Source: Spirulina sp. (GTDB lineage: Bacteria; Cyanobacteriota; Cyanobacteriia; Phormidesmidales; Phormidesmidaceae). From it: 64,000 bases of DNA. The position numbers were made by a program, and so were the translations under genes. Of the stretch, positions 44,097 to 54,000 are shown in pieces (positions within the stretch are counted from its first letter, which is position 1; each line of letters begins with the position of its first letter). The stretch lies in NCBI GenBank assembly GCA_044070495.1, contig JBIPSI010000025.1, positions 17,563-81,562 of the forward strand, written 5' to 3'. The notes under the pieces are model-generated. The model searched no databases. It was not told where the DNA came from and saw nothing but the letters and a program-made list of their open reading frames with translations.

Positions 44097-44408
44097 TTAC
44101 GCGCCATCGCTGGCCTCAGTGTCGAACCAGAGATCGGCATCGAGTTCCACCAGATCGAGCAGCGCTTCGTGTAGGGTGGCGGCGCGGCCTTCCAGGGCGA
44201 GGTCAAACCAGCCATCCTCTTGGCCGTTGGTTCCTAGTAGGGCACCCACAATGTTGACCTTGAGGCCGTGGCGGTGGATGAGGTTGGAGATCACGGGATC
44301 GGGGTAGCGGTCTTTGGGGATGCGAATTTTTACCTGGGTTTGCACGAGACTATTTGGATCTCTATGCTGTAGGGCATCGAGACTATAGGCTGGGAAAATT
44401 AACGCCAT
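44097..44408 (-). CDS. NIL-domain protein at the end of the sulfate operon
   Basis: 'KIRIPKDRYPDPVISNLI...VNIVGALLG....DGWFDLALEG'. Confidence 0.8.
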   Translation of the reverse strand: MALIFPAYSLDALQHRDPNSLVQTQVKIRIPKDRYPDPVISNLIHRHGLKVNIVGALLGTNGQEDGWFDLALEGRAATLHEALLDLVELDADLWFDTEASDGA

Positions 44409-44469
44409 AGTTGATCTTCTTAATGGATATTGAAACGATTCTCAAACTCTAAATCTGTCCCTAGACGGA

Positions 44470-45348
44470 TTAGTGGGCTTTGTGTTGTACTCCGGCATAA
44501 CGTTCTAACAGGAATTTCAACACTAGGGTGACAATGGCCAACCCAGCCAAGAGCAAAGCAGCGGTATAAGCAGCTTGGGAGTTGTATTGAATGTGGGCTT
44601 CTTCGATAAATAGGGGCAGGGTTTGGGTTTTGCCAGCGATGTTGCCGGATACCACGGCGACTGCCCCAAATTCACCCATGGCTCTCGCATTGCAGAGGAT
44701 CAAGCCATACAGCAAACTCCATTTTATCGATGGCAATGTTACACGCCAAAAGGTCTGCCAAGGTGTTGCGCCCAGAGTGGCAGCGGCCTCTTCTTGTTCA
44801 GTGCCAGCCTCTTCGAGAGCGGGGAGAACTTCGCGGGCAATAAAAGGCATCGTGACAAAGATGGTCGCCATCACAATGCCCGGCATAGCAAAGATAACTT
44901 TGATACCTTGAGCATCCAGCATTGGCCCAAACCAGCCCCGATTGCCAAACAGCAGTACCAGCATTAGTCCCGCAACAACGGGCGAAATTGAGAAGGGTAA
45001 ATCAATAATGCTGATGAGAAGGGATCGGCCTGGAAAGTTCTTATTCGCTAGGGAAATGGCCGCACAGAGACCAAAAATGGTGTTGAGCGGTACGGTAATC
45101 GCCGTTGTGATAACGGTTAGCTTGACGGCATTTAAAAAATGCTGGCTGGTAAAAGTCTCGACTAAATTGGGCCATCCCCCCTTAAGAGCTTGGATGACAA
45201 CATTAAAGGAAGGAATTAACAGGACTAGGGCGAGATAGCCAATCACAAAGGCAATCAATCCCCATTTATTCCACAAAATCTTGGTCGCTGACGATCCATT
45301 TTTAAACTGAGTTTTAGCCGCTATTTTTTGGCGAGATAAATTAGCCAT
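44470..45348 (-). CDS. cysW: Sulfate ABC transporter permease CysW
   Basis: 'IDLPFSISPVVAG', 'EQEEAAATLGA', 'ARAMGEFGAV', 'TQTLPL'. Confidence 0.95.
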   Translation of the reverse strand: MANLSRQKIAAKTQFKNGSSATKILWNKWGLIAFVIGYLALVLLIPSFNVVIQALKGGWPNLVETFTSQHFLNAVKLTVITTAITVPLNTIFGLCAAISLANKNFPGRSLLISIIDLPFSISPVVAGLMLVLLFGNRGWFGPMLDAQGIKVIFAMPGIVMATIFVTMPFIAREVLPALEEAGTEQEEAAATLGATPWQTFWRVTLPSIKWSLLYGLILCNARAMGEFGAVAVVSGNIAGKTQTLPLFIEEAHIQYNSQAAYTAALLLAGLAIVTLVLKFLLERYAGVQHKAH

Positions 45349-46186
45349 AGATTCGTCTACCTCGTGCTTGAATCAGGTTAATCACTAACAACACCGCTAG
45401 GGAAATCAGCAGCAGCACCGATCCAATTACGGTCGCTCCAGCGTAGTCAAACTGCTCTAGGCGCTGAATAATCAACACAGGCGCAATTAGGTCTTGAAAG
45501 GGGATATTTCCGGCAATGATCACCACCGAGCCGTATTCCCCCACCGCCCGCGAAAAGCCCATCGCTACCCCGGTGAGAATAGCGGGCATCAGCGGCGGCA
45601 AAATCACTCGCCAAAAGGTTTGCCATGGGGATGCCCCCATCGACCAGGCGGCTTCTTCGGCTTCGGATTCTAAATCTTGCAGGACGGGCTGCACTGTGCG
45701 CACCACAAAGGGCAGTGAAATAAAGATCATCGCCACCAGTACCCCCAAGCGGGTGAAGGAAACCTTGATGCCAAAGGGTTCGAGGAAGCCGCCAATCCAG
45801 CCGTTGGTACTGTAGATGGTGGAGAGGGTGAGGCCTGCCACCGCTGTGGGTAAGGCAAAGGGAAGATCAATGATGGCATCTAAAAATCGCTGACCGGGAA
45901 ACTCGTAGCGCACCAGCACCCAGGCGATGATCAGCCCCGCCACGCCGTTGATCAGCCCTGCCACTAGGGCGGTGACAAAGGTGACGTTGTAGGTAGCAAG
46001 GGCCACAGGATCGGTGGCAATGCGCCAAATTTCTGCTGGGTTGAGGGTTAGCGCTTTGAGCAACAGGGCCGTCATCGGCAAAAACAGCAGCAGTGTTAGA
46101 TACAGCCAGGTGATGCGCCAGGGCCAAGAGGCATGGCGAAACTGGGGCCAAAGGTGGGATGGGGATAGGGGTGGGGAGGAAGTCAT
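45341..46186 (-). CDS. cysT: Sulfate ABC transporter permease CysT
   Basis: 'DLPFALPTAVAG', 'PFVVRTVQPVL', 'FSRAVGEYGSV'; start placed at ATG 46186. Confidence 0.95.
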   Translation of the reverse strand: MTSSPPLSPSHLWPQFRHASWPWRITWLYLTLLLFLPMTALLLKALTLNPAEIWRIATDPVALATYNVTFVTALVAGLINGVAGLIIAWVLVRYEFPGQRFLDAIIDLPFALPTAVAGLTLSTIYSTNGWIGGFLEPFGIKVSFTRLGVLVAMIFISLPFVVRTVQPVLQDLESEAEEAAWSMGASPWQTFWRVILPPLMPAILTGVAMGFSRAVGEYGSVVIIAGNIPFQDLIAPVLIIQRLEQFDYAGATVIGSVLLLISLAVLLVINLIQARGRRIYG

Positions 46187-46221
46187 GGGTTGCAAAAAGC
46201 GATGTGGATAAGCCATGTAGA

Positions 46222-46326
46222 GGGAGATCCCCCCTAGCCCCCCTTGGTAAGGGGGGAACCGGAGTCAAAGTCCCCCTTTTTGGAGTCAAAGTCCCCCTTT
46301 TTAAGGGGGATTTAGGGGGATCTCCC
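46222..46326. repeat. MITE-like cyanobacterial short dispersed repeat with terminal inverted repeats and an internal 21-nt duplication
   Basis: Near-perfect TIRs gggagatcccccc(ta) / (ta)gggggatctccc; ggagtcaaagtcccccttttt repeated at 46261-46281 and 46282-46302. Confidence 0.75.
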
Positions 46327-46362
46327 AGGCTGTACGTGAGAAAGTCAGGCTACAGAACGTAT

Positions 46363-47466
46363 TTACTTGCCGACTTTGGCTTGAATTTGGTCAAAAATGG
46401 CCCCATCGGCGAAGAATTTCTGATCAAGGGCGTCCCAGCCACCGAGGTCAGCGATGGTAAACAGAGTAGTAACCTTGGGAAATTGATCGGCAAATTGCTC
46501 GCTCACCGTCGGATCTACGGGCCGAAAGCCCACCTTGGCAAATTCCTCCTGGGCCTCTGGCGTAAAGAGAAACTCCACAAAGGCTTCGGCCACCTCACGG
46601 GTGCCGTGTTTGTCTACATTGGCATCGACTACAGCCACGGGATTGTCGATGGAAATGTTCACATCGGGGACGATGTAGGGCAAAATTTCACCCTTTTGGG
46701 CCGCTAGCAGCACTTCGTTTTCGTAGTTAATCAGCACATCGCCCTGGCCACGGGTGAAAAACACATCGGTAGACTCCCGTGCATCCTTGGGCAGCACGGG
46801 CACGTTTTGGTAAATGCGGCTAACAAAGTCTAGGGCGGCGGCGTCATCGCTCCCCGTTTGCGTCTTAAACCCCCAGGCTCCCAGGAAATTCCACTTGGCC
46901 CCACCCGATGTTTTGGGATTAGCCGTCACCACAGCCACATCGTCGCGAGCGAGATCGTCCCAGCCCTGGATGTTTTTGGGGTTGCCCTCGCGGGTCACTA
47001 GCACCGCCACCGATCTATGCACAATGGCGTTATTGGGAGCTTCGTTCTCCCAGCCGGGTTCAATCAGGCCCCCCGCCTCCAGCTTTTTGGTGTCCCCCGC
47101 TAGGGCTAGGGCCACCACATCGGCCTCTAGACCATCCAGCACAGCACGGGTTTGCGAACCCGACCCGCCATAGCTTTGGTTAAAGGTGACCTCCTGCCCC
47201 GTTTGGGCTTTCCACTGCTCGGCAAACTTCGGAATGATTTGCTCGTAGGCCGCCTGGGTGACAGCGTAGGACACCAGCGTGAGTTCAACTTTTTCTCCGG
47301 TGGTTGGGGTCTCAGAGGTTCCCGTCCCGGAAGCGGCCTCTGGGGAACTGGGCACACCGCAGGCCGCGATTACACCCGCCATCCCCAACCCAGCGGCGAA
47401 AAACACAACCGAACGGCGCGACAGAACACGACCCCCAAGGGGGAAAGACGGCTTAGTCATGATCAC
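46363..47466 (-). CDS. sbpA: Sulfate ABC transporter substrate-binding lipoprotein
   Basis: Lipobox 'IAAC'; 'LTLVSYAV', 'QSYGGSGSQTRAV', 'ANPKTSGGAKWNFL', 'GDVLINYENE'. Confidence 0.95.
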   Translation of the reverse strand: MIMTKPSFPLGGRVLSRRSVVFFAAGLGMAGVIAACGVPSSPEAASGTGTSETPTTGEKVELTLVSYAVTQAAYEQIIPKFAEQWKAQTGQEVTFNQSYGGSGSQTRAVLDGLEADVVALALAGDTKKLEAGGLIEPGWENEAPNNAIVHRSVAVLVTREGNPKNIQGWDDLARDDVAVVTANPKTSGGAKWNFLGAWGFKTQTGSDDAAALDFVSRIYQNVPVLPKDARESTDVFFTRGQGDVLINYENEVLLAAQKGEILPYIVPDVNISIDNPVAVVDANVDKHGTREVAEAFVEFLFTPEAQEEFAKVGFRPVDPTVSEQFADQFPKVTTLFTIADLGGWDALDQKFFADGAIFDQIQAKVGK

Positions 47467-47701
47467 TTTCCAAAAACTACGGTATCTCGATGGGATTACC
47501 GAGGATTACCTTGGAGAGACTGTAGCACGACTTGACTGAATTTGTATCTCAAAACATTTGAAATTCGAGTCAAAATTTTTCTGGATTGACATGGGCATGA
47601 TTTTGAAACTACGCTGAGTTAGCCCCGTGGAGCTAGAGCTATCTGGATCGGTTAGGAATCTCACACGGGGCAGGCTCTTTTCTACGTTTTGAGGCCACAC
47701 C

Positions 47702-48730
47702 ATGGGTATTCAGGTTGAGCAAGTATCCAAGCGATTCGGGAATTTTCAGGCCCTTCATCCGGTCAGCTTGGAGGTGAAGAGTGGTTCTCTGGTGGCGCTG
47801 CTGGGGCCATCGGGGTCAGGAAAATCCACCCTGTTACGGGTGATTGCGGGGCTAGAGCAGCCAGATACGGGCCGCATCTACCTTTCGGCCCAGGACGCCA
47901 CCCACAAAACCGTGCAGGATCGCAATGTGGGCTTTGTGTTTCAGCACTATGCGCTGTTCAAACACTTGACCGTGCGCCGCAACATCGCCTTTGCCCTAGA
48001 GTTGCAAAAGTGGCCCAAGGAGCGGATCAAACATCGAGTCAATACCCTGCTGGAACTGGTGCAGCTCACGGGCTTCGGAGATCGCTATCCGGCCCAGCTA
48101 TCCGGTGGGCAACGGCAGCGGGTGGCCCTAGCCAGAGCCTTGGCCATCGAACCCCAAGTGTTGTTGCTGGATGAACCCTTTGGGGCGCTAGATGCCAAGG
48201 TGCGTAAAGACCTGCGGGACTGGCTGCGGCGTCTGCACAATGAGGTTCACGTCACCACGGTTTTTGTCACCCACGACCAGGAAGAGGCGATGGAAATTGC
48301 CGACGACATTGTGGTGATGAACCATGGGCGGGTGGAACAAATCGGCTCCCCGGCAGAGGTCTATGAACACCCCGCCACCCCCTTTGTGATGAGCTTCATT
48401 GGGGCCGTCAACGTGCTCTCCCCCGACCCCACCTGGAAGGCGCTGCACCACGACGCACCTAGCCAGGGCGAAGTCTTTTTGCGTCCCCACGATATTGAGA
48501 TTTTTTCCACACCCCAAAGCGGTAGCCTGGGGGCCACGGTAAACCACATCATTCATCTGGGCTGGACGCTGCGGGTCGAACTCACCCTAGCCAACGGCCA
48601 CCCCCTCACCGCCCACATCAATCGCGAACAGTACCACCAGCTCGATCTTCAGCCTGGGCAGGCCGTTTACCTCCAGGCTAAGCAGGTGCGCAGTTTCGAG
48701 CCGTCCCCCGACTATGGGCGCGTGGCCTAA
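47702..48730 (+). CDS. cysA: Sulfate ABC transporter ATP-binding protein with TOBE domain
   Basis: 'GPSGSGKST', '[11 protein letters not shown]', 'LSGGQRQR', '[16 protein letters not shown]'. Confidence 0.95.
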   Translation: MGIQVEQVSKRFGNFQALHPVSLEVKSGSLVALLGPSGSGKSTLLRVIAGLEQPDTGRIYLSAQDATHKTVQDRNVGFVFQHYALFKHLTVRRNIAFALELQKWPKERIKHRVNTLLELVQLTGFGDRYPAQLSGGQRQRVALARALAIEPQVLLLDEPFGALDAKVRKDLRDWLRRLHNEVHVTTVFVTHDQEEAMEIADDIVVMNHGRVEQIGSPAEVYEHPATPFVMSFIGAVNVLSPDPTWKALHHDAPSQGEVFLRPHDIEIFSTPQSGSLGATVNHIIHLGWTLRVELTLANGHPLTAHINREQYHQLDLQPGQAVYLQAKQVRSFEPSPDYGRVA

Positions 48731-48966
48731 GGTGGTAGCCTATCTCGAAATTCCCTTCCTGGATCTAATCCCTTGCTTAGTAGCATCCCTTCCCCTGCCT
48801 CTGGAAAAGGCTAATCCTGCCATTGTGCTGCTCCTTTGGCGAGGGCAGGTGGTCGCACCCCTAGCCGTCTATCGTCCTGGTTGAGGATATGTTAATGACG
48901 CCCCCTCATTTGGTGAATTAGCTTATTCGATGAAGTCGGTGTTTCAGTCATTCAACGGATGGCTGG

Positions 48967-49188
48967 TCAAATCGGTGGCTTATCCATATTGGCGGGGCCA
49001 ACGGTGAAGCAGACGGTCATCGGGCTTTCCACCCGCTCAGAAGCCTGCCGAATTTCCATCCCCACCACATGGCCGTCATCGTCGTAGTCGAGGATGAGGT
49101 TGGGCGAAAGACGGGCCGTTTCGTCAATATCGCCGCTGCTGAAGGCAATTTGCAAAATGTCGCGCTCGGGATCGTAGGTAATCTTCAT
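48967..49188 (-). CDS. DUF2283-family small protein
   Basis: 'MKITYDPERDILQIAF...ILDYDDDGHVVGMEIRQAS'. Confidence 0.85.
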   Translation of the reverse strand: MKITYDPERDILQIAFSSGDIDETARLSPNLILDYDDDGHVVGMEIRQASERVESPMTVCFTVGPANMDKPPI

Positions 49189-49294
49189 GGGGGTGAACGG
49201 CCCACTAGGTGTGCACAGGATTGGCTAATCGCCCTTATCATACGGCCTTTGCTTCACAAATGAACTGGCCCATGAACTGACCCACGGACTAACC

Positions 49295-49501
49295 CTAGAC
49301 CTGGGGATCAACCTCCTCGCTTTTGCCGCGCACCGGGGGCAACTTATCCACTAGCCCCATCTCAAAGGCGATATCAGGAAGTTCTCCGGCGATGTATTTT
49401 CCCGGCTCAAACATGCGCCCAGGGGTAAAGCAGGTTTGCCGCAGCTCTACGATCTCCGTCTGGGCAAACATCGCCCGCGACATCCGTCGTTCAATCCCCA
49501 T
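49295..49501 (-). CDS. Small hypothetical protein
   Basis: 68-aa ORF with ggag RBS-like sequence, co-directional between raf1 and the DUF2283 gene. Confidence 0.55.
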   Translation of the reverse strand: MGIERRMSRAMFAQTEIVELRQTCFTPGRMFEPGKYIAGELPDIAFEMGLVDKLPPVRGKSEEVDPQV

Positions 49502-49552
49502 AGTCTGCTCCTGTGTCGATGGTGTGTCATGCCTCCGATGCTGCCGCTGATC

Positions 49553-50635
49553 CTATTCCTCTAGCTGCCACAGTTCCCGGTTGTAGGCTTCGTCCAAAAT
49601 GCGCTTGGGTCGCAGCACCAAAATCACTCGTCCCACAATGGCCGAATCCAGCGGCGTTTCTGACCAAACCAGCCCGATCTGCCCCGCTTCATCGGTGACG
49701 AAGTAGTTTTCGTCATCCCAGGTGCGATCCGCCCGATCCACCACCACCAGGACTAACTCGTTAGGCGCATCGGCGGGTATATTCGGCAACTGGCTCGATT
49801 GGGTTAGCAAGCCCACCGGATCCTCCGCCCGAAAAATCACCTGCCAACCGGGCACCGCAATCCAGGCGCTTGGCCCCGTGGCCCTCACCAGGCCAAAGGG
49901 ATCCTCCAGCAAAGCCACGGGCACCGCCTTAAGATCATCCACCGACAGCGGCAGTTGCCCCGCCACCGGAATTACCCGAGGCAGTTCGGTTTCCGACTCG
50001 ATGCGATACAAGGGCAAGCGGGGGGCGGTACGGGCTTTGACCACCGTAAAATCGGTCAACAATTTTTCAATCTGCTGACGGGATTCCGCACCTTCGGCAA
50101 AGCGCAGCCCCTGGGCAATCAGGCGAGATCGATCCTGCAAATCATCCTTTTGGCGGGCCAGCTTCCAAAAGTGGAAGGCCACCGCATCCCCTGGGCCATC
50201 GCCAAAGCCGGGCGGATTTTCCTTGCGGTAGCTGTATTCCTTGATGGGCTTCACCAGGTCGCGCACCTCCTCCGAATCCAGCCCGTGGCGCAGAATGAAG
50301 TCTGCCACGCTGGCCCGATCCGCCTGGGAGAGAATCCGCAGTTCGTAAAGGGAATCGCTGCCCCGCTCGGTAAAGTGGGCCTGGGTAGCCTCGGCAACCC
50401 CTACCTTGAGGATGGACTGATACACCTGCTCGGCCACCATGATTTGATTTTGGTGGATGGGCTCAATGCCCGTTTCCTCAAAAATTTGTTGGGGGGTAAA
50501 CTTGGCCCGCTGCAAGCCTTGGCACCCCTGCGCCCAATCGACCCAGGTACCCTGCTTGCGCCGCAGCCGCAGCACAATATCCTGCACAGCCTCAGCATCG
50601 GGAACGGGGGCAGAACCGGGAAATACCATAATCAT
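49553..50635 (-). CDS. raf1: RuBisCO accumulation factor 1
   Basis: 'LRRKQGTWVDWAQGC', 'IFEETGIEPIHQNQI', 'GSDSLYELRILSQ', 'APRLPLYR', 'VLRPKRILDE...WQLEE'. Confidence 0.93.
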   Translation of the reverse strand: MIMVFPGSAPVPDAEAVQDIVLRLRRKQGTWVDWAQGCQGLQRAKFTPQQIFEETGIEPIHQNQIMVAEQVYQSILKVGVAEATQAHFTERGSDSLYELRILSQADRASVADFILRHGLDSEEVRDLVKPIKEYSYRKENPPGFGDGPGDAVAFHFWKLARQKDDLQDRSRLIAQGLRFAEGAESRQQIEKLLTDFTVVKARTAPRLPLYRIESETELPRVIPVAGQLPLSVDDLKAVPVALLEDPFGLVRATGPSAWIAVPGWQVIFRAEDPVGLLTQSSQLPNIPADAPNELVLVVVDRADRTWDDENYFVTDEAGQIGLVWSETPLDSAIVGRVILVLRPKRILDEAYNRELWQLEE

Positions 50636-50809
50636 TAACCGTTTGGACAGGGTTACGCTTCTCTATCCTGACTCTAGCGCGGATGGCGACTCCCCATTGC
50701 CACCCAGGGCCAAACTTGGCATAAAAATTGGAGTTAGGATTGGGCCAAAAATTAGGGTTGACGTTTGTCCCCCTTTTGCGCCACTATTGATGATGCGCTA
50801 GGCGCGCAA

Positions 50810-50882
50810 GGGGCTATAGCTCAGTTGGTAGAGCGCTTGAATGGCATTCAAGAGGTCAGCGGTTCGAACCCGCTTAGCTCCA
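50810..50882 (+). tRNA. tRNA-Ala (GGC)
   Basis: ggggctatagctcagttggtagagcg-cttga-atGGCat-tcaag-aggtcagcggttcgaacccgct-tagctcca; full cloverleaf with G3:U70; CCA not encoded. Confidence 0.97.
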
Positions 50883-51032
50883 TAAAGTTAGTTAGATAGA
50901 CCTATGCCTTAATGGTTCTGGCTTTGGTCAGAGCTTTTTGTAGGTCTGGGCGGCTGGAAAGAGAAAGGGCTGCTCTTTCCAGGGAATGAAACCTGGGAAT
51001 GCAGCCCATGATGGTGGTCGGGTTTTAGGGGT

Positions 51033-51062
51033 GCTGCGCCTCGGCCATGGCCGAGGCGCAGC
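51033..51062. terminator. Perfect 30-bp palindrome just after the stop of the large surface-protein gene
   Basis: gctgcgcctcggccatggccgaggcgcagc equals its own reverse complement; no T-tract. Confidence 0.5.
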
Positions 51063-51070
51063 CGTAGGCG

Positions 51071-54000
51071 CTACACAATCGAGACCCAACCGGGGTCAAC
51101 GCTGGGTAGGGCGACACCGTTGCCCGTGAAGGACGTGCCGCTCATGAACCAGACTGAGTTTTCGCCCGATGCGATGTTTTCCCACAGCAGATCCAGGTTG
51201 CCATCTTGGTTAAAGTCGGCAGCGCCCTGAATCGTCCAGCCCGGATCGTAGGTGGCGATAATGGCCCCATCCACAAAGTCGATACCGTTCATGTTCCAGG
51301 CGGCGACTTGGCCAGAGGTATTGTGCTGCCAAAGGATCTCCACATCACCGTCGCCGGAGAAGTCGCCAGCGGCCACCACAGACCAAGCGGTTTCGGTGAA
51401 GTTAGGCGTGTTCAGCAGCTCACCGCCGGTGCGGGTTGCGCCATCCATGTACCACACGGCCAGTTGACCAGCGGTGGCATGACGCCAGAGAATATCATCC
51501 TTGCCATCGCCATTAAAGTCGGCGGTATCGGCAATTTGCCATTCTGGGCCAGCGTCGTTGGGCAGCATCGCGCCGCTGTCGAGGCTGGTGCCATTCATCA
51601 GCCACACCGCCGTCTCGTTCGAGAACTGGTGCCGCCAAACCAAATCGGGGCCGCCATTGCCATCCAGGTCGCCCACGGCTTGGATTTTCCAGTCGGGGCT
51701 GCCCACCGATGGGCTGAGGAAGTCGCCGGACGACAGGGTCACGTTGTCCATGAGCCAGAATACGGCCTCCCCGCTGGACTGCTGTTGCCAGAAGATATCG
51801 ACCGAACCATCGCCATTGAAGTCGTTGGTGGCATCGAACTTCTCGGTGACACTGGTGGTAGAGACCCCCACCATGGTTTCCGACGTACCCTTGCCATCCA
51901 CATAGCTGACGGAATAGCGCAGGAACTTGCCCACTTGGTCGTTGCGCAGATCCAGGGAGGTACCCGTAGCTCCGTCAATATCGACCCAGTTGATACCGTC
52001 GATGGACTGCTGCCACTGGTAGGTAAAAGTACTGGGGTCTGGGAGGCCATCGAAATCAGCCAGGTTGCTAACGTCGGCGGTAACGGTTTGGCCCTGGGTG
52101 AGGTCGCCGCTGATGGTGACCACCCCCGTTGGCGGCAAGCCCCCGGCCAAAATGTCCTCAAAGCTGCGGCCATCCAGGCTGGTGTAGTACACAAAGCTGG
52201 TAGATGCCCCCGCCGCCAAGGTACCGACATCAAAGGTCATAGTGATGCCAATATCAGCGGTGTTTGATACCCCTTTCTCCGGTGTGGTTTCGTAGGCGGC
52301 AGGGTCGTAGGGGTTGGTGTTCGTGAAGCCAAAGTAGGAGGCTTTGGCCCTGGCATCGGTAGAGAACAGCACCACCGGAGAGGAAAGCCCCGTAGCATCA
52401 AAGATGGGGTCGCCAGCACCGAGGGTTTTGGCTTCCACCGCCGCAATGCCGTCCTCGGCCACGGTGGCAATCACGGTGTTGATCGTGCTAAAGTCACCCC
52501 CCACATCCACGGTATTGTCGGGGTCGAAGGAGCGCATGTAGCGCACGCTGTCGAGGGCTCCGGCGGTGGTGTTGGTGAGGGTGATGATGGTGGCGAAGAA
52601 CTTGTCGTTTACGCCATAGCGCACCACTTGCTCTACCTTGAGAGCCTCGTTCAGGTTGGCACTAATCAGAGCCGATAGTGTATCGCCGGAGGAGGTGTTG
52701 GTCACCCCATCCATCACGATGTTGCCCGTGGAACTGGCCTGGGCCGAGTTAGATCCCGTAGTAGCCGCTCCCTCGACTTTGTAGCCCACCACCCAGCGTT
52801 CCTCCGGCCCACCCGGCAGGAAGTAGTCGGTGCGGAAGTCGTTGCCCTGGCCAAAGCCGTCAAAGTCGGCGCTCATCCCGATAGTGCTCCGGGCATCGGT
52901 GCCAAAGAAGCCCTCTGGCCTGCCACCCAAGGTACCAAAGTCCCCTAGGGTGCTAATGCCCAGTTCAATGAAGTTGCCGCCGAGGAACACCTCGCCAGAA
53001 TCACTCGTGGCGCTGCGGGCTCCGGGTGGGGTGGTCAGGGCCACATCGCCACTTGCGTCGCTGGTCACCGATTCCGATGCGCCGCCGCCATCTTCATAGC
53101 TGACGATGACCCGCACCTTCTTATTCACATCCTCCGGTAGCAGGGTGTAGGTGCTGCTGGTCGCTCCATCAATGGTGCTCCAAGAGGAGCCGCTGGTCGA
53201 AATTTCCCACCGATAGGTGAAGGTGCCCAGACCATCCGCATCCGCCAAGCTGGAGGTGTCGGCGGTAAGGGTGGAACCAATCGTGGTATCGCCCGTGAGG
53301 GTGACGCCGCCCGTGGGGGCCGAGTTAGCATTGACCGTTAGGCTCATGGTGTTAGGTGATGCCTGGAAAGCGGCACCGTCGTTCACTGAGAATAGGAATG
53401 ATGTATTCCCGTCTACAGCAGAGATGTACTTTAACCGGCCAGCATCCAAATCAGCCTTGGCAATAATGTCGTTGATGTTGGCTTGAATCGTTTCACCGCT
53501 GTCAACGGTGTCGTTTTCGTTAGCATCTAGAAATAGCGTGCCAAACGTCGGCGTCTGGTTGATTTTCAGGGAGGCGAAGGAGTCGCCATCCGCATCACTA
53601 AAGGCAAAATCGCCTGTGCCAAAGGCCAACACGTTATTAATCCGGATCGAGGCGCTGTTATTTGCCGACGTGGGCAACGCATTGGGATCAACCTGAATCG
53701 TGATGTTGCTAACGGTGATGGACTGATCTACGAGGTCTGTCGCTTTAATGGTGATGGTATGGCTGGTCTGGCTATTCAGTGCGGTCGTATCCCGAACCTT
53801 CAACACACCATCCACAATCTTAAAGGCCCCACCACTGGCATCCACCAGTTCTAAATCATGCTGGTCGTTGGGGTCGCCATCTACCACGGTGACGGTGGCA
53901 ATATCCGTATCTACCGCAGAACCCTCTTCTACAATAATGTTCGGACGATCACCAGCATCCACATCTTCAACAAGGATACTGGTGGGGTCTGTATTGTCCT

